64,000 bases of DNA. Source: Dehalococcoidia bacterium. GTDB lineage: Bacteria > Chloroflexota > Dehalococcoidia > Lucifugimonadales > JADFKI01. Numbering within the stretch: position 1 is the first letter of the stretch; every line of letters starts with the position of its first letter. The stretch is from contig OZ241923.1 of NCBI GenBank assembly GCA_965203955.1, forward strand, positions 2,888,313 through 2,952,312, given 5' to 3'. Under the pieces are notes generated by a model. It did not search any database, had not been told where the DNA came from, and saw only the letters and a program-made list of their open reading frames with translations. Position numbers and translations under genes: made by a program. Of the stretch, positions 9,241 through 19,218 are shown one piece after another.

Positions 9241-10071
9241 TCATAGTACCACATTGTCGATCAGTCGAGTCTTACCGATGCGGACTGCTAGGGAGACGAG
9301 GGCAGGGCGATCTATTGTGTCAAGTTCGCTCAGATTGTCCGCGTCCGCAATGCTTATGTAATCGATGCTGGCGCTAGGATACTCGGTAATAAGTTGACGC
9401 ATTCGCTGCCGAATCGTGGCGGCATCGGTCTCCCCTTGAATGAACAGTCGCGCCGCAAGGATGAGCGACCCATGAAGCGACAGAGCCGCCTCCCGTTCAG
9501 AGGCGCTCAGGTAAACATTGCGACTGCTGAGCGCGAGTCCGTCATCGTCGCGTACCGTAGGGCAGACTACGATTTCCGCTCCGAGATTCAGATCCTCGTT
9601 GAGGCGTCTGACCACTAAGCATTGCTGAGCGTCCTTCTGGCCGAAGTATGCCCTGTCTGGTCGGACGATAGTCAGGAGCTTGCACACAACTGTGGCAACT
9701 CCGTGGAAATGTCCCGCGCGATGCTCGCCTTCCAGTCGTTCCCCGATTCGCCCGACATCCACAAAGGTGTCGAAACCGGGCGGATAGACCTCCTCGACCG
9801 GCGGGGCGAATACGAGATCGACGCCGGCTGCTTCCAGCTTAGCGAGGTCTGAATCCATGTCGCGTGGGTAGGTGGAAAAGTCCTCATTTGGCCCAAACTG
9901 CGTGGGATTTACGAATATGCTGACGGAGACTGTGGCGTTTTCAGCGCGGGCACGCTTCACAAGCGCCATGTGTCCGTCGTGCAGAAATCCCATCGTGGGC
10001 ACTAGGCCAAGCGGCCTTTCCGCTTCGTCGTAAGCCTGTCGGAATGCGGATACCGTATCAATGACTTGCAT
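9241..10071 (-). CDS. panC: Pantoate--beta-alanine ligase
   Basis: PTMGFLHDGHMALV (HIGH-like) and other PanC blocks. Its ATG overlaps the panB stop (ATGA). Confidence 0.93.
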   Translation of the reverse strand: MQVIDTVSAFRQAYDEAERPLGLVPTMGFLHDGHMALVKRARAENATVSVSIFVNPTQFGPNEDFSTYPRDMDSDLAKLEAAGVDLVFAPPVEEVYPPGFDTFVDVGRIGERLEGEHRAGHFHGVATVVCKLLTIVRPDRAYFGQKDAQQCLVVRRLNEDLNLGAEIVVCPTVRDDDGLALSSRNVYLSASEREAALSLHGSLILAARLFIQGETDAATIRQRMRQLITEYPSASIDYISIADADNLSELDTIDRPALVSLAVRIGKTRLIDNVVL

Positions 10072-10931
10072 CAGAGCTGGCTCTGAGCCACTACATTCGG
10101 ATCCCCGGTCAGTTCGGCGAGAACCGCGTCGGACAACGTGAAACTCTCGTCCTCAGAGGGGAATGACTGCACTCTCACATCGCGAATATACTCGGATACC
10201 GCATCGTTCATGAGTTCGGCAAGATGAGCGTACTTACGGGCGTGCTTCGGCGTGAAGTCGGTGTAAAGTCCCATCATATCGTGGAAGACTTGCACCTGAC
10301 CGTCGCAATGTACTCCTGCGCCAATGCCAATCGTTGGAATTGTCAACCGCTCTGTCACTATCTTCGCAAGCTGTGAGGGCACGCCTTCGAGAACGATGGC
10401 ATAAGCGCCGGCCTCCTCAACAGCCTTTGCGTCTTCTATGAGATCTATCGCCGCCTTTGTCGTCCTGCCCTGAATGCGATAGCCGCCGAGCTGGTTCACA
10501 GCCTGAGGTGTCAGGCCAATGTGCCCCATTACAGGAATCCCTGACTGTACGATGCGCTTTATTGTCTTAGCAACGTACCTCCCGCCTTCGAGCTTGACCG
10601 ACTGCGCGCCTGCTTCCTTCAGTAGCCGACCGGCGTTACGCACCGCCTCCGACCTGCGAGCCTGATAGCTCATGAATGGGAGGTCGCCGACGACGTGCAC
10701 CTTTTCCGTGCCTCGCACGACCGCCCTGATATGGTGAATCATGTCGTCCATGGTGACCGGCACGGTTGAGTCGTAGCCGAGCACGACCTGTCCGAGGCTG
10801 TCGCCGACAAGGATCAGGTCAACGCCTGCCTGTTCCACAATGCGCGCCGAGGTGTAGTCGTAGGCGGTTATCATGGCGATTGGCTCGCCACGACGCTTCA
10901 GTGCTGCTATCTCACGAATCGTGGTTCGCAT
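10071..10931 (-). CDS. panB: 3-methyl-2-oxobutanoate hydroxymethyltransferase
   Basis: MITAYDY, LVGDSLG and VKLEGG motifs. Confidence 0.93.
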   Translation of the reverse strand: MRTTIREIAALKRRGEPIAMITAYDYTSARIVEQAGVDLILVGDSLGQVVLGYDSTVPVTMDDMIHHIRAVVRGTEKVHVVGDLPFMSYQARRSEAVRNAGRLLKEAGAQSVKLEGGRYVAKTIKRIVQSGIPVMGHIGLTPQAVNQLGGYRIQGRTTKAAIDLIEDAKAVEEAGAYAIVLEGVPSQLAKIVTERLTIPTIGIGAGVHCDGQVQVFHDMMGLYTDFTPKHARKYAHLAELMNDAVSEYIRDVRVQSFPSEDESFTLSDAVLAELTGDPNVVAQSQL

Positions 10932-10940
10932 TGTCCTACC

Positions 10941-11837
10941 TCAATCACTGGTTCGGCCATCATCCAGAATTCGCCTGAACTCCTTCTCGGTTTCCTCTGA
11001 CAGCCCTTGCTCCATTGCAAGATGCAGACCGGCAAGCGCGAGTTCACGATAGAGCGGGAGCAGGTCCGGATGCTGTGCAATAAGAGCATCGATGTGCTTA
11101 AGTGCGGTTCCGATGTCGCCACGAGGGTAGGGCCCCGCCACCGCTGCCGGAATACCGGACGTCTCTACATTGTAGGCGACCGCCCGCATCATCGGAATTA
11201 GTGCTCTTACTCCATCGTCGCGAGTGTAGCCGAAATGTTCCCATACCTCGGCGGATATGCCGACAAGACAAGTAAGCAGGTTGCCCATCATCACGCCGCT
11301 AAGGTGGTACAAAGGCTTGTCCTCAGCATTCAGAAAGACCGGGTTGCCCCCGATGTCCCTCGCCAGCTCGCCCAGATATTCACGCATCTCCGTGCTGCCT
11401 TCGATTCCGAAGGTAATTCCCGGGATGCTTCTGGCGCCGTTCTCAACCGACGAGAACGCCTGCAACGGATGAAACGCTCCAGTAACCGCGCCTTGCCTTG
11501 CCGCGGACTCCAGGACGTCAAGAGATGCTGCGCCTGAACTGTGCGCCACACCCTGGCCTTCGCGCCATTGAACCGAAGAGGCAACCTGAGTAATTGCATC
11601 ATCGGACGTTGTGATGAACAGCATATCGCTGGAATCTACAACCTCCTGGTAGCTCGTGTGTGCGGCGCAACCTTCGATGCGCGCGGCGAATCGCTCCGCA
11701 GAAGCCGGAGTGCGGCTCGCGACAGCTACCACGGGATAGCCCGCACGCGACATTGCGACGGCGAGTGAGCCTCCGACCCTCCCCGCGCCGATAAAACCTA
11801 TCCTTGATGACCTGCCAACACTAATCACAGCAAACAA
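10941..11837 (-). CDS. Rossmann-fold NAD(P)-binding protein with a DUF2520-type C-terminal domain (candidate ketopantoate reductase)
   Basis: IGFIGAGRVGGSLA dinucleotide fold plus a C-terminal PLYHLSGVMMGNLL block. It sits directly upstream of panB. The exact start is uncertain (the track start is TTG). Confidence 0.65.
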   Translation of the reverse strand: MFAVISVGRSSRIGFIGAGRVGGSLAVAMSRAGYPVVAVASRTPASAERFAARIEGCAAHTSYQEVVDSSDMLFITTSDDAITQVASSVQWREGQGVAHSSGAASLDVLESAARQGAVTGAFHPLQAFSSVENGARSIPGITFGIEGSTEMREYLGELARDIGGNPVFLNAEDKPLYHLSGVMMGNLLTCLVGISAEVWEHFGYTRDDGVRALIPMMRAVAYNVETSGIPAAVAGPYPRGDIGTALKHIDALIAQHPDLLPLYRELALAGLHLAMEQGLSEETEKEFRRILDDGRTSD

Positions 11838-12804
11838 CGTCCTTGTAGGAAGGGACGCCCCCCAGAGAGTCCGCTTCAGTTACCGCATTTACTATGGCGT
11901 CATTCACACACATGACTGCGGCCGCGAGTATTTGGTTCATATTTGGTTCCGCATCACTCTTGCCGGTTGCGAGCGCAAACATCGTGTCGCCGTCCCCCAT
12001 AAGGTGCGCCGGACGTACGGCGAGCGCAACTCCATCCTGCCCCGCCGCGGCGAGCTTGTTTGCCTGTTCCTTGTTCAGAGCAGCGTCTGTGGCAACAACG
12101 CCAATGGTGGTATTTGAGGAAGTTACGGGCTGCATTGCCACGGGAGTGTTCGAAATTGCCACCTCCATCGCATCCAGAATGGATGAGCCGTCCTCACCGC
12201 GAGGGCCAGCGACTATGCGCCCGGTCGCTGCCTCATAGACGCCGCCAATCGCATTTACGGCGACGATTGCTCCAACAGTCGGCCCATTAGGAATCGAAAT
12301 ACTTGATGATCCAATACCACCCTTCATCGCTCGCTCCAGCCCGAGAGCCTTGCCAACGGTTGCCCCGGTTCCTGCGCCTACGCTGCCCCACGCGTCAGAT
12401 GAATCAGTTGCTTGGACACAGGAGGCTTCACCATCTTCAGCGGTAGGGCGAACGTCGCCTCTGACAAGACCCAGATCATATATGATTGCCGCAGGTACAA
12501 TGGGAATCACCGCTCCTCCGAATTGCAGTCCAACCCCTTTCCCTTCCAGGAATCGCACGACTCCCGTTGCCGCGGCGAGACCGAATGCACTGCCTCCGCT
12601 CAGCAGCACCGCGTGAACTTCATTGACGAGCGTTGTAGGTCGAAGCAGGTCGGTCTCACGCGTACCCGGCGCTGAGCCGCGAACGTCCACGCCGCCTACC
12701 GCGCCGTCCTCACAAAGAACGACGGTGCAGCCTGTGGCGGCCTCGACGTTCGTCTGATGACCGATGCGAATTCCTTGAACGTCGGTGATGCTCTTAGAGT
12801 TCAT
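11821..12804 (-). CDS. Peptidase S58 (DmpA / beta-aminopeptidase family, Ntn-type)
   Basis: ITDVQGIRIGH N-terminus and the NTTIGVVATDA self-processing/nucleophile block. The likely start is MNSKS at 12804, whereas the ORF track starts at 12903. Confidence 0.8.
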   Translation of the reverse strand: MNSKSITDVQGIRIGHQTNVEAATGCTVVLCEDGAVGGVDVRGSAPGTRETDLLRPTTLVNEVHAVLLSGGSAFGLAAATGVVRFLEGKGVGLQFGGAVIPIVPAAIIYDLGLVRGDVRPTAEDGEASCVQATDSSDAWGSVGAGTGATVGKALGLERAMKGGIGSSSISIPNGPTVGAIVAVNAIGGVYEAATGRIVAGPRGEDGSSILDAMEVAISNTPVAMQPVTSSNTTIGVVATDAALNKEQANKLAAAGQDGVALAVRPAHLMGDGDTMFALATGKSDAEPNMNQILAAAVMCVNDAIVNAVTEADSLGGVPSYKDVVCCD

Positions 12805-12982
12805 ATCTATTTCAAACAGCAAAAGGCCTTCCCGCGCCTTGGCAGGAAGGCTCTTCAATGCAAATGCCGCCTGTGCTGTCCGTGCGGCCAGCGAATTTAA
12901 CATTAACAGGTTTCATTTTAAGCGCTCACCGTTCCTGTCAGGATTGGCTGCGCCTGTATATTAGCAAGAAAGAAACTTTGCT

Positions 12983-14134
12983 TCAAATCCAGACGTTCTG
13001 CTGGCGGGAAGGGAAGTGGGCGGCTTGCAGGTAACCTTCCGGATGGCTGTCGTCCCCAGGTGGATACCTCGGCAGCGCCTCTTCATCCAGCTCTATCCCT
13101 AGACCGGTTCCCTCCGGCAGGCTGAAGTAGCCATTCTTCTGGAAGGGGAAATCCCCCTTTACCACATGCTGGTACCAGGCCCCGTGCCCTCCCTCCTGGA
13201 TCAGGAAATTTGGGCATGAGGCGTCCACATGGAGCGCCGCCATCGTATTGATGGGCCCATAGGGATTGTGTGGGCAGAAGCCTACATAGTAGGTCTCTGC
13301 CATTGCAGCAATCTTCTTGAGTTCGAGGATACCGCCTGCGTGGCAGATGTCCGGCTGTGCCATGTCAATGACTTGCTTCTCGAACAGGTCCCGGAAACCC
13401 CACTTGGTGTAGATTCGCTCTCCGGTGGCTATGGGAATGTTAACTCCTGCGGACACCTTAGCCATCGCGTCGATATTCTCAGGTGGTACAGGCTCTTCAA
13501 ACCAGAAGGGACGGTACTCTTCAAGCGCATTGCCCATACGTATCGCCTCGTGAGGAGACAGCCTGCCGTGTACCTCTATGAGCAGTTCGATGTCATCCCC
13601 GACGGCCTCTCTCACGGCTTTGACCTTGGCGAGCGCATCTCGTTCCGATTCCACGGTAGTGAATAGACCCTGGTGTGCAAAAGGATCACCCTTGAGTGCG
13701 GTCAAGCCCTGTTCTACCCAGGAAAGGGCATTCTTGACGGCGGCGTCACTTGTGCGGCCGTCAAAACGACCGTAAGCCCAGAACTTATCGCGCATCGCGC
13801 CGCCGAGCAACTCATAGACTGGCACATTGAGCGCCTTGCCTTTGATGTCCCAGAGGGCGATATCAATACCGCTGATCGCCGCCATGTGAAGGACGCCGCC
13901 ACGCACGTTATGGCCGAAGTTGTAGAGGCTTTGCCAGTGTTCTTCGATGCGGAAGGGATTCTTTCCGACCAGGGTTTCGCCCAGTTCTTCAACGACCGCA
14001 CCGACAGATAGTGCTCCAACAGTAGCCTCACCCCATCCAACAATACCTTCATCGGTTGAAACCTTGACGAAGACATAGTTGCGGGTCGCTTCTGGTGGCC
14101 TAGTCGCGAATGCTTTGACTTCTGCAATCTTCAT
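12983..14134 (-). CDS. Enolase-superfamily dehydratase (galactonate/mannonate dehydratase-like)
   Basis: MKIAEVKAF...DIALWDIKGK...EEP...ATGER...PH blocks of the MR/MLE family. The start at 14134 is preceded by GGAG. Confidence 0.85.
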   Translation of the reverse strand: MKIAEVKAFATRPPEATRNYVFVKVSTDEGIVGWGEATVGALSVGAVVEELGETLVGKNPFRIEEHWQSLYNFGHNVRGGVLHMAAISGIDIALWDIKGKALNVPVYELLGGAMRDKFWAYGRFDGRTSDAAVKNALSWVEQGLTALKGDPFAHQGLFTTVESERDALAKVKAVREAVGDDIELLIEVHGRLSPHEAIRMGNALEEYRPFWFEEPVPPENIDAMAKVSAGVNIPIATGERIYTKWGFRDLFEKQVIDMAQPDICHAGGILELKKIAAMAETYYVGFCPHNPYGPINTMAALHVDASCPNFLIQEGGHGAWYQHVVKGDFPFQKNGYFSLPEGTGLGIELDEEALPRYPPGDDSHPEGYLQAAHFPSRQQNVWI

Positions 14135-14325
14135 GGTGGCACCGTCTCCTCTGTGTTGAGATGGCACAGAGTTTAGCACCGCATCTCACTTATCTCAATT
14201 TACCTATAATCTGATGTTTTTTTGGCTGGATATGTATCAGGAATGACGTGAGTTATAATTGGCAGCGAAGATCACCAGAGTTTACGATTCACATAAAGGT
14301 CTGGCAGCGAGCGAGAGGAAATCAG

Positions 14326-14775
14326 ATGCGAATAGCGATTGGGGCGGACCACGCCGGTTATCCGGCAAAAGAGCCGGTCAAGGCAGTTCTCGAATCTCAT
14401 GGGCACGAAGTGATAGATCTGGGGGCGCATACATACGACGCACTTGACGACTATCCGGACTTTGCCAAAGCAGTCGCGGAATATGTCGCGGCCGAGGATG
14501 CTGACAGAGGTGTTGTGCTGTGCGGCAGCGGTGTGGGAGCCTCGGTAGCATCAAATAAGGTTCGAGGTATCAGGGCAAGCGTCTGCCACGATACCTATTC
14601 GGCCCACCAAGGTGTGGAGCATGACGACATGAACATCCTGTGCATGGGCGTGCGTATTATCGGCGAGGAGTTGGTGAAGGAGATTGTCAGCGCGTTCGTG
14701 GCGGCAGAATTCTCAGGCGAAGAGCGTCATGTGAGGCGTATGCAGAAAGTCTTCGATATGGAAACTAACTTCTGA
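14326..14775 (+). CDS. rpiB: Ribose-5-phosphate isomerase B (RpiB/LacAB family)
   Basis: MRIAIGADHAGY, CGSGVG and HDTYSA motifs. The start is at 14326 after GAGAGGAAA. Confidence 0.88.
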   Translation: MRIAIGADHAGYPAKEPVKAVLESHGHEVIDLGAHTYDALDDYPDFAKAVAEYVAAEDADRGVVLCGSGVGASVASNKVRGIRASVCHDTYSAHQGVEHDDMNILCMGVRIIGEELVKEIVSAFVAAEFSGEERHVRRMQKVFDMETNF

Positions 14776-14968
14776 TGGAGGGTGGGGAAGTGGTTGTCGG
14801 GCAGTCTGGGTTCAGGTCCTGGGCAACTCGCCTAGCAGTAGTCGCCGACTAATCCTGAGCAATGCCGTTCAATAAGTACAGGGAGCGAGCCGCCATTGTG
14901 GCAGCCCGCTCTCTAGGGGAGGCTAGCTCTTCTCTAGTGCTAGTGGCGTGAAATATTCCCAGGAATCA

Positions 14969-16084
14969 CTAGGCGCCGTTCTTGCTTGCCTGGGACTTCT
15001 GCGGCTTGGAGTATCGGCGCAGGAACGGGGGAAGGTCAAGCTTGCCTGTATCGCTTGCCATCGCTTCCAAGAGCATATTTGCATAGCCCTCGTCCGTATC
15101 CTTGATGTCGCCGGGTTGCTCGAATCCTGTTGCAATGATGGTGAGCTTGATCTCGTTCTCCATCTTCAGGTCGGTCGCCATACCGAAAATGATGTTGCAC
15201 TCCGGGTCCACCACTCTCTGAATAACCTCTGCGGCCTCGTGCAGCTCGGAGAGTTTCAGGTCGCTGCCGCCGGTGATGTTGAACAGGACTCCGCGCGCGC
15301 CTTCTATGGAGACGTCCAGCAGAGGATTGGTGATGGCAGTCTGGGCTGCGCTTCGCGCGCGATGCTCGCCGACGCCCCAGCCAATCGACATCCAGGCCGG
15401 GCCCGAATTCTGCATGATTGACTGTACGTCGGCAAAGTCAAGGTTGATTTCGCCGGGAACGGTTATCAGTTCAGCGATCGACTGGACGCCCATACGCAGC
15501 ACGTCGTCTGCCATAAGGAAGGCGTTCTGCGCCGTAATCTCTTCCTCGCAGATGATATGCAGGCGCTCATTCGGAATCACCAGCAACGTGTCCACATGCT
15601 CCTTGAGGCGGTCGATGCCCTCATCTGCCGTGTCTGCGCGGCGCTTGCCCTCGAATGCGAAGGGCCTGGTAACTACGCCGACTGTCAGCGCGCCCGTTTC
15701 CCTCGCAATTTCGGCGATGACGGGCGCAGCTCCTGTACCTGTCCCACCGCCCATTCCGGCTGCTACGAAGACCATGTCTGCGTCGCGAATTACGTCGTAC
15801 AGCTCTTCGCGGCTCTCTTCGGCGGACTTCATGCCGAGTTCCGGGTTTCCGCCCACACCCTTGCCCATCGTCAACCCGTCGCCGATTCGCATCTTCAAGG
15901 GCACATCGCAGGTTACAAGGGCCTGAGCGTCCGTGTTGACTATCATGTACTCGACGGAAGGCACGCGCTCCCTGAACATCCGAGACACGGCGTTGGATCC
16001 ACCGCCGCCGACGCCGATGACCTTGATGCGTGCCATCCCATCCATTTCCCTAACGTATTCAAGCTCTCTGATCGCTGTAGCCAT
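14969..16084 (-). CDS. ftsZ: Cell division protein FtsZ
   Basis: [10 protein letters not shown] and [10 protein letters not shown] tubulin signatures, plus a C-terminal LDLPPFLRR peptide. Confidence 0.97.
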   Translation of the reverse strand: MATAIRELEYVREMDGMARIKVIGVGGGGSNAVSRMFRERVPSVEYMIVNTDAQALVTCDVPLKMRIGDGLTMGKGVGGNPELGMKSAEESREELYDVIRDADMVFVAAGMGGGTGTGAAPVIAEIARETGALTVGVVTRPFAFEGKRRADTADEGIDRLKEHVDTLLVIPNERLHIICEEEITAQNAFLMADDVLRMGVQSIAELITVPGEINLDFADVQSIMQNSGPAWMSIGWGVGEHRARSAAQTAITNPLLDVSIEGARGVLFNITGGSDLKLSELHEAAEVIQRVVDPECNIIFGMATDLKMENEIKLTIIATGFEQPGDIKDTDEGYANMLLEAMASDTGKLDLPPFLRRYSKPQKSQASKNGA

Positions 16085-16137
16085 TCTTTCCTCCCCTAAT
16101 TTTGGTCGTGTTTGAATTGGTTACTTCTGAATGAAAG

Positions 16138-17442
16138 TCATCTGCTGAACACACTTAGTATGCCGCTCTTCTTAGGACGTTCTCGAAGCGCGTTAGGGCT
16201 GCTGCCGTTAACAGCGGGAGCGCGCCTGCGATTCTCGCGGCGTCGATGTTCGCGGTGCCCGATGGCGTGAGGTTTAGGCTCATCATCTTCCTGCAACGCG
16301 GCCCACAGGAGGATGCCTGTTCCGGTGCTGCAAATCGGCGTTTGTAACTCACGCGGCACGCCGAGGTAGCCGAGAGGAGCGCCTATTCGCACATTGGCGG
16401 AAGTCCCGGCCCTGAAGAGCTCATAGAACCCGTCCAGCTTGGAAGAGCCTCCGGAAAGTACGATGCGGTAATCCGTAAGGTCCTCAATTCCGGCTTCCCG
16501 CAGTTTCAGTATGATTAGCCGCATCAGTTCCTGGGCCCGCTCCCTCGTCAACTGGCAGATGTCATGCAGTGAGACCCTCAGAGATGTATGACCGCCCGGA
16601 ATAGGCAGGGAGACTTCTTCATGAATTTTTGCAGAGTCTGGGAGCACACTCGCTCTTGTGAGCTTGACATCCTCCGCAGCTTCGTATGAGGTGTTGTACA
16701 CGACGCATATGTCGTTGGTGAACTGGTAGCCTCCGACGGGGATGACGGAAGAGTATTGCATCGTGCCGTCCCTGAACACCATGACATCGGTGGTGCCACC
16801 GCCCATGTCTATTAGCGCGGCTCCTCGGACCTTCTCCTCCTGCGTAAGCACAGACTCGCAACTTGCTAGAGCTTCAAGGACGAGAGCCTCAATCCTGATG
16901 CCCGCTCCCTCAACCGCTTGGGTAAGTCTGGAAACCTCTAGCTCGGAAGCCTGCACCAGGTGCGTCTCGACATCTAGCTTCGACGTGTGCATTCCCATTG
17001 GATCCGAAACGCCTATCTTGCCGTCGATGGAGTAAGTGCGCGGGATGGCATGAATTACCTTCTTACCCATGTGGTAGCCGTTGTTGCCGTTACCGGCGAC
17101 AGAGATGGGCACCTTCTCCACTTCGTTATAGGTAACTACGCCGTGTTCTCCAACCCAGTCGATCGTGTCTCGGCGCTTCTCGTAAGATATCCCCATTCCC
17201 GTAATGCCCACAAAGGCGGTGTCCACATGGGCTCCACTGGCACTCTCGGCCTTACCGACCGAACTGCGGACGGCGGTCTTCGTAGCGTGTACGTCCTCCA
17301 CCACTCCCTTGCGAACTCCGGCACATGGTGCGATCCCGTGCCCCAGAACTTCGACACACCCTTCACCGACTTTCCTGCCGATGACAGTCAACACCTTAGT
17401 CGTGCCGATGTCGATTGCTGCAAATACCTTGGAGTTGTCCAT
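16138..17442 (-). CDS. ftsA: Cell division protein FtsA
   Basis: Actin-like ATPase blocks (AIDIGTTKV, IDMGGGTTD) and a basic C-terminus ending in an amphipathic helix. The ORF track starts at 17457. Confidence 0.92.
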   Translation of the reverse strand: MDNSKVFAAIDIGTTKVLTVIGRKVGEGCVEVLGHGIAPCAGVRKGVVEDVHATKTAVRSSVGKAESASGAHVDTAFVGITGMGISYEKRRDTIDWVGEHGVVTYNEVEKVPISVAGNGNNGYHMGKKVIHAIPRTYSIDGKIGVSDPMGMHTSKLDVETHLVQASELEVSRLTQAVEGAGIRIEALVLEALASCESVLTQEEKVRGAALIDMGGGTTDVMVFRDGTMQYSSVIPVGGYQFTNDICVVYNTSYEAAEDVKLTRASVLPDSAKIHEEVSLPIPGGHTSLRVSLHDICQLTRERAQELMRLIILKLREAGIEDLTDYRIVLSGGSSKLDGFYELFRAGTSANVRIGAPLGYLGVPRELQTPICSTGTGILLWAALQEDDEPKPHAIGHREHRRRENRRRAPAVNGSSPNALRERPKKSGILSVFSR

Positions 17443-17518
17443 TCCTACTCCACGCATTGTTGATTCCTTCCTATACCAGTTTCATCCAGGTGGCTGAGAC
17501 TGTTTTCGTCTGATTCTT

Positions 17519-18445
17519 TCACAAGCGTTCGGCTATTCGTAGCTGAGCGCTTCGGCTTCTTATGTTTGCGCGCACCTCTGGGGCTGACGGCTTGATGACC
17601 CGCCGATTCACAATTCTGACGGTAGGGATATGTTCGCAAACACATTGCGGTATCGAGGGCGGGCACGTGCAGTCCGCAGCCATATACCGGAGGGCATTCT
17701 TGACGATGCGGTCTTCGAGAGAGTGATACGTGATGACGGCAAGTCGCCCTCCAACGCCAAGCGTATCGACCGCTCCCTCAAGTCCGCGTTGTATGTTGCC
17801 AAACTCATCATTAACCGCAATGCGAATCGCCTGAAATGTCCTTGTCGCGGGGTGAATTCTGCCCCTACGCCTTCCAACCGAATCTGAAACTATCGCTGCA
17901 AGTTGTTTCGTGGTTGTGACTGGACGGTTTCTGACTATTGCCCTGGCGATCCTCCTAGACCTTCTCTCTTCCCCGTAACGATAAATGACTTGCGCCAGTT
18001 CTTCTTCGTCGTACCCGTTTACTATCGTATGTGCAGAAACTTCCTGCGATGGATCGAATCGCATATCTAATCGTGCTTCGTGCCTGAAACTGAATCCACG
18101 CTCGCCTGTATCCAATTGCAGTGATGATAGCCCCAAGTCCAGGAGCAAACCGTCCGCTTCTAGAAAGCCAGTCTCCCCCGCCACTTCCCTGACATTGCTG
18201 TAATTGGCCTGCCGTAAGGTTGCATTGAGGGCCTGCTCTCGCAATGTTGCCTCTGCAGTCCTCAGCGCTTCACCGTCCTTATCTATGCATAGGACCGCAG
18301 GTGGTGGCGTCGTGGCTTTCAAAATCGCCAGTGAGTGCCCTCCTTCGCCAGCGGTGCAATCTATATATCTGCCCTCCGCGGTCACTTGCAGTGCTGCGAG
18401 GACTTCCTCCACCATCACCGGCGTGTGATGCGGTCTCACCGCCAA
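17519..18445 (-). CDS. rsmH: 16S rRNA (cytosine1402-N4)-methyltransferase
   Basis: HTPVMVEEV, DCTAGEGGHS and DLGLSSLQLD motifs. Confidence 0.95.
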   Translation of the reverse strand: MAVRPHHTPVMVEEVLAALQVTAEGRYIDCTAGEGGHSLAILKATTPPPAVLCIDKDGEALRTAEATLREQALNATLRQANYSNVREVAGETGFLEADGLLLDLGLSSLQLDTGERGFSFRHEARLDMRFDPSQEVSAHTIVNGYDEEELAQVIYRYGEERRSRRIARAIVRNRPVTTTKQLAAIVSDSVGRRRGRIHPATRTFQAIRIAVNDEFGNIQRGLEGAVDTLGVGGRLAVITYHSLEDRIVKNALRYMAADCTCPPSIPQCVCEHIPTVRIVNRRVIKPSAPEVRANIRSRSAQLRIAERL

Positions 18446-18692
18446 GAGCGAGCGAAATGCTCAACGCTTGCTAATGGCGTATGCAACTCAATGCCTCCCC
18501 CAAGATTCCGTCACTTTTGACGAGTCTATGGTTTCATTCCAAGCCATCATGTTAGAATGTGACTGTCGGCTGTGGCTTCAGATTCCTTGACCGTGCAACG
18601 AGTTTCGCAAAGATTTCTCAGATTACGCAAGGACTTTTTGTGTATATGTTTGCAACTTTTCCTATACTTTCACTAAACATATTTCAGGCAAC

Positions 18693-19214
18693 GTGTTGAA
18701 AATGTCAGGGAATCCGGAGAGCAAATTCAATCTGGGAGTTCTCACCGTAAGCGACACCGGAGCAACTGGCTTGCGCACGGTTGATGGCAGCGGAGACGCT
18801 ATCTGCGAAATAATGGCGGGCGAAGGATATGCGCTGGCGTCTCGCGGGATGGTCCCCGACGATGTGCCTCAGATTTCCAAGGTTTTGACCGAGTGGTGCG
18901 ACAGTGGGAATGTGGATCTCATTCTCACGACTGGCGGAACCGGTCTTGGTCCGCGAGACGTGACGCCTGAAGCCACGCGTGCGGTGTTAGACATTGAGGC
19001 TCCAGGCATCGGGGAGGCAATGCGAATGCAGACTCTGCGGTTCACGCCGTTCGCCATGCTGAGCCGCGCCACGGCGGGCGTGCGCTCGGGTTGCCTGATA
19101 GTAAATTTGCCCGGCAGTGAAAAGGCCGTCCGCGAAACGCTGGCAGTGGCCCTGCCCGCTCTTGTCCATGGTCTCGAAATGGTCAAGGGCTGGCGCACGC
19201 ACTCTGTCCCCTGA
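18693..19214 (+). CDS. Molybdenum cofactor biosynthesis protein MogA/MoaB family
   Basis: LTVSDTG and [18 protein letters not shown] motifs. Confidence 0.88.
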   Translation: MLKMSGNPESKFNLGVLTVSDTGATGLRTVDGSGDAICEIMAGEGYALASRGMVPDDVPQISKVLTEWCDSGNVDLILTTGGTGLGPRDVTPEATRAVLDIEAPGIGEAMRMQTLRFTPFAMLSRATAGVRSGCLIVNLPGSEKAVRETLAVALPALVHGLEMVKGWRTHSVP

Positions 19215-19218
19215 TTCC

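Noticed and set aside
14883-14911. An imperfect hairpin between the convergent rpiB and ftsZ genes, as a bidirectional terminator.
   Set aside because: It has two mismatches in 13 bp and no U-tract on either strand, so the evidence is too weak to call.
18446-18692. An AT-richer 247 bp spacer upstream of rsmH, considered as a possible mraZ remnant, sRNA or MraZ operator array. It contains repeated AGATTCC...TTGAC and a TGtTAGAAT element.
   Set aside because: There is no ORF remnant resembling MraZ, and the repeats are short and irregular. It is probably just the divergent rsmH/mog promoter region. I could not support a specific call.
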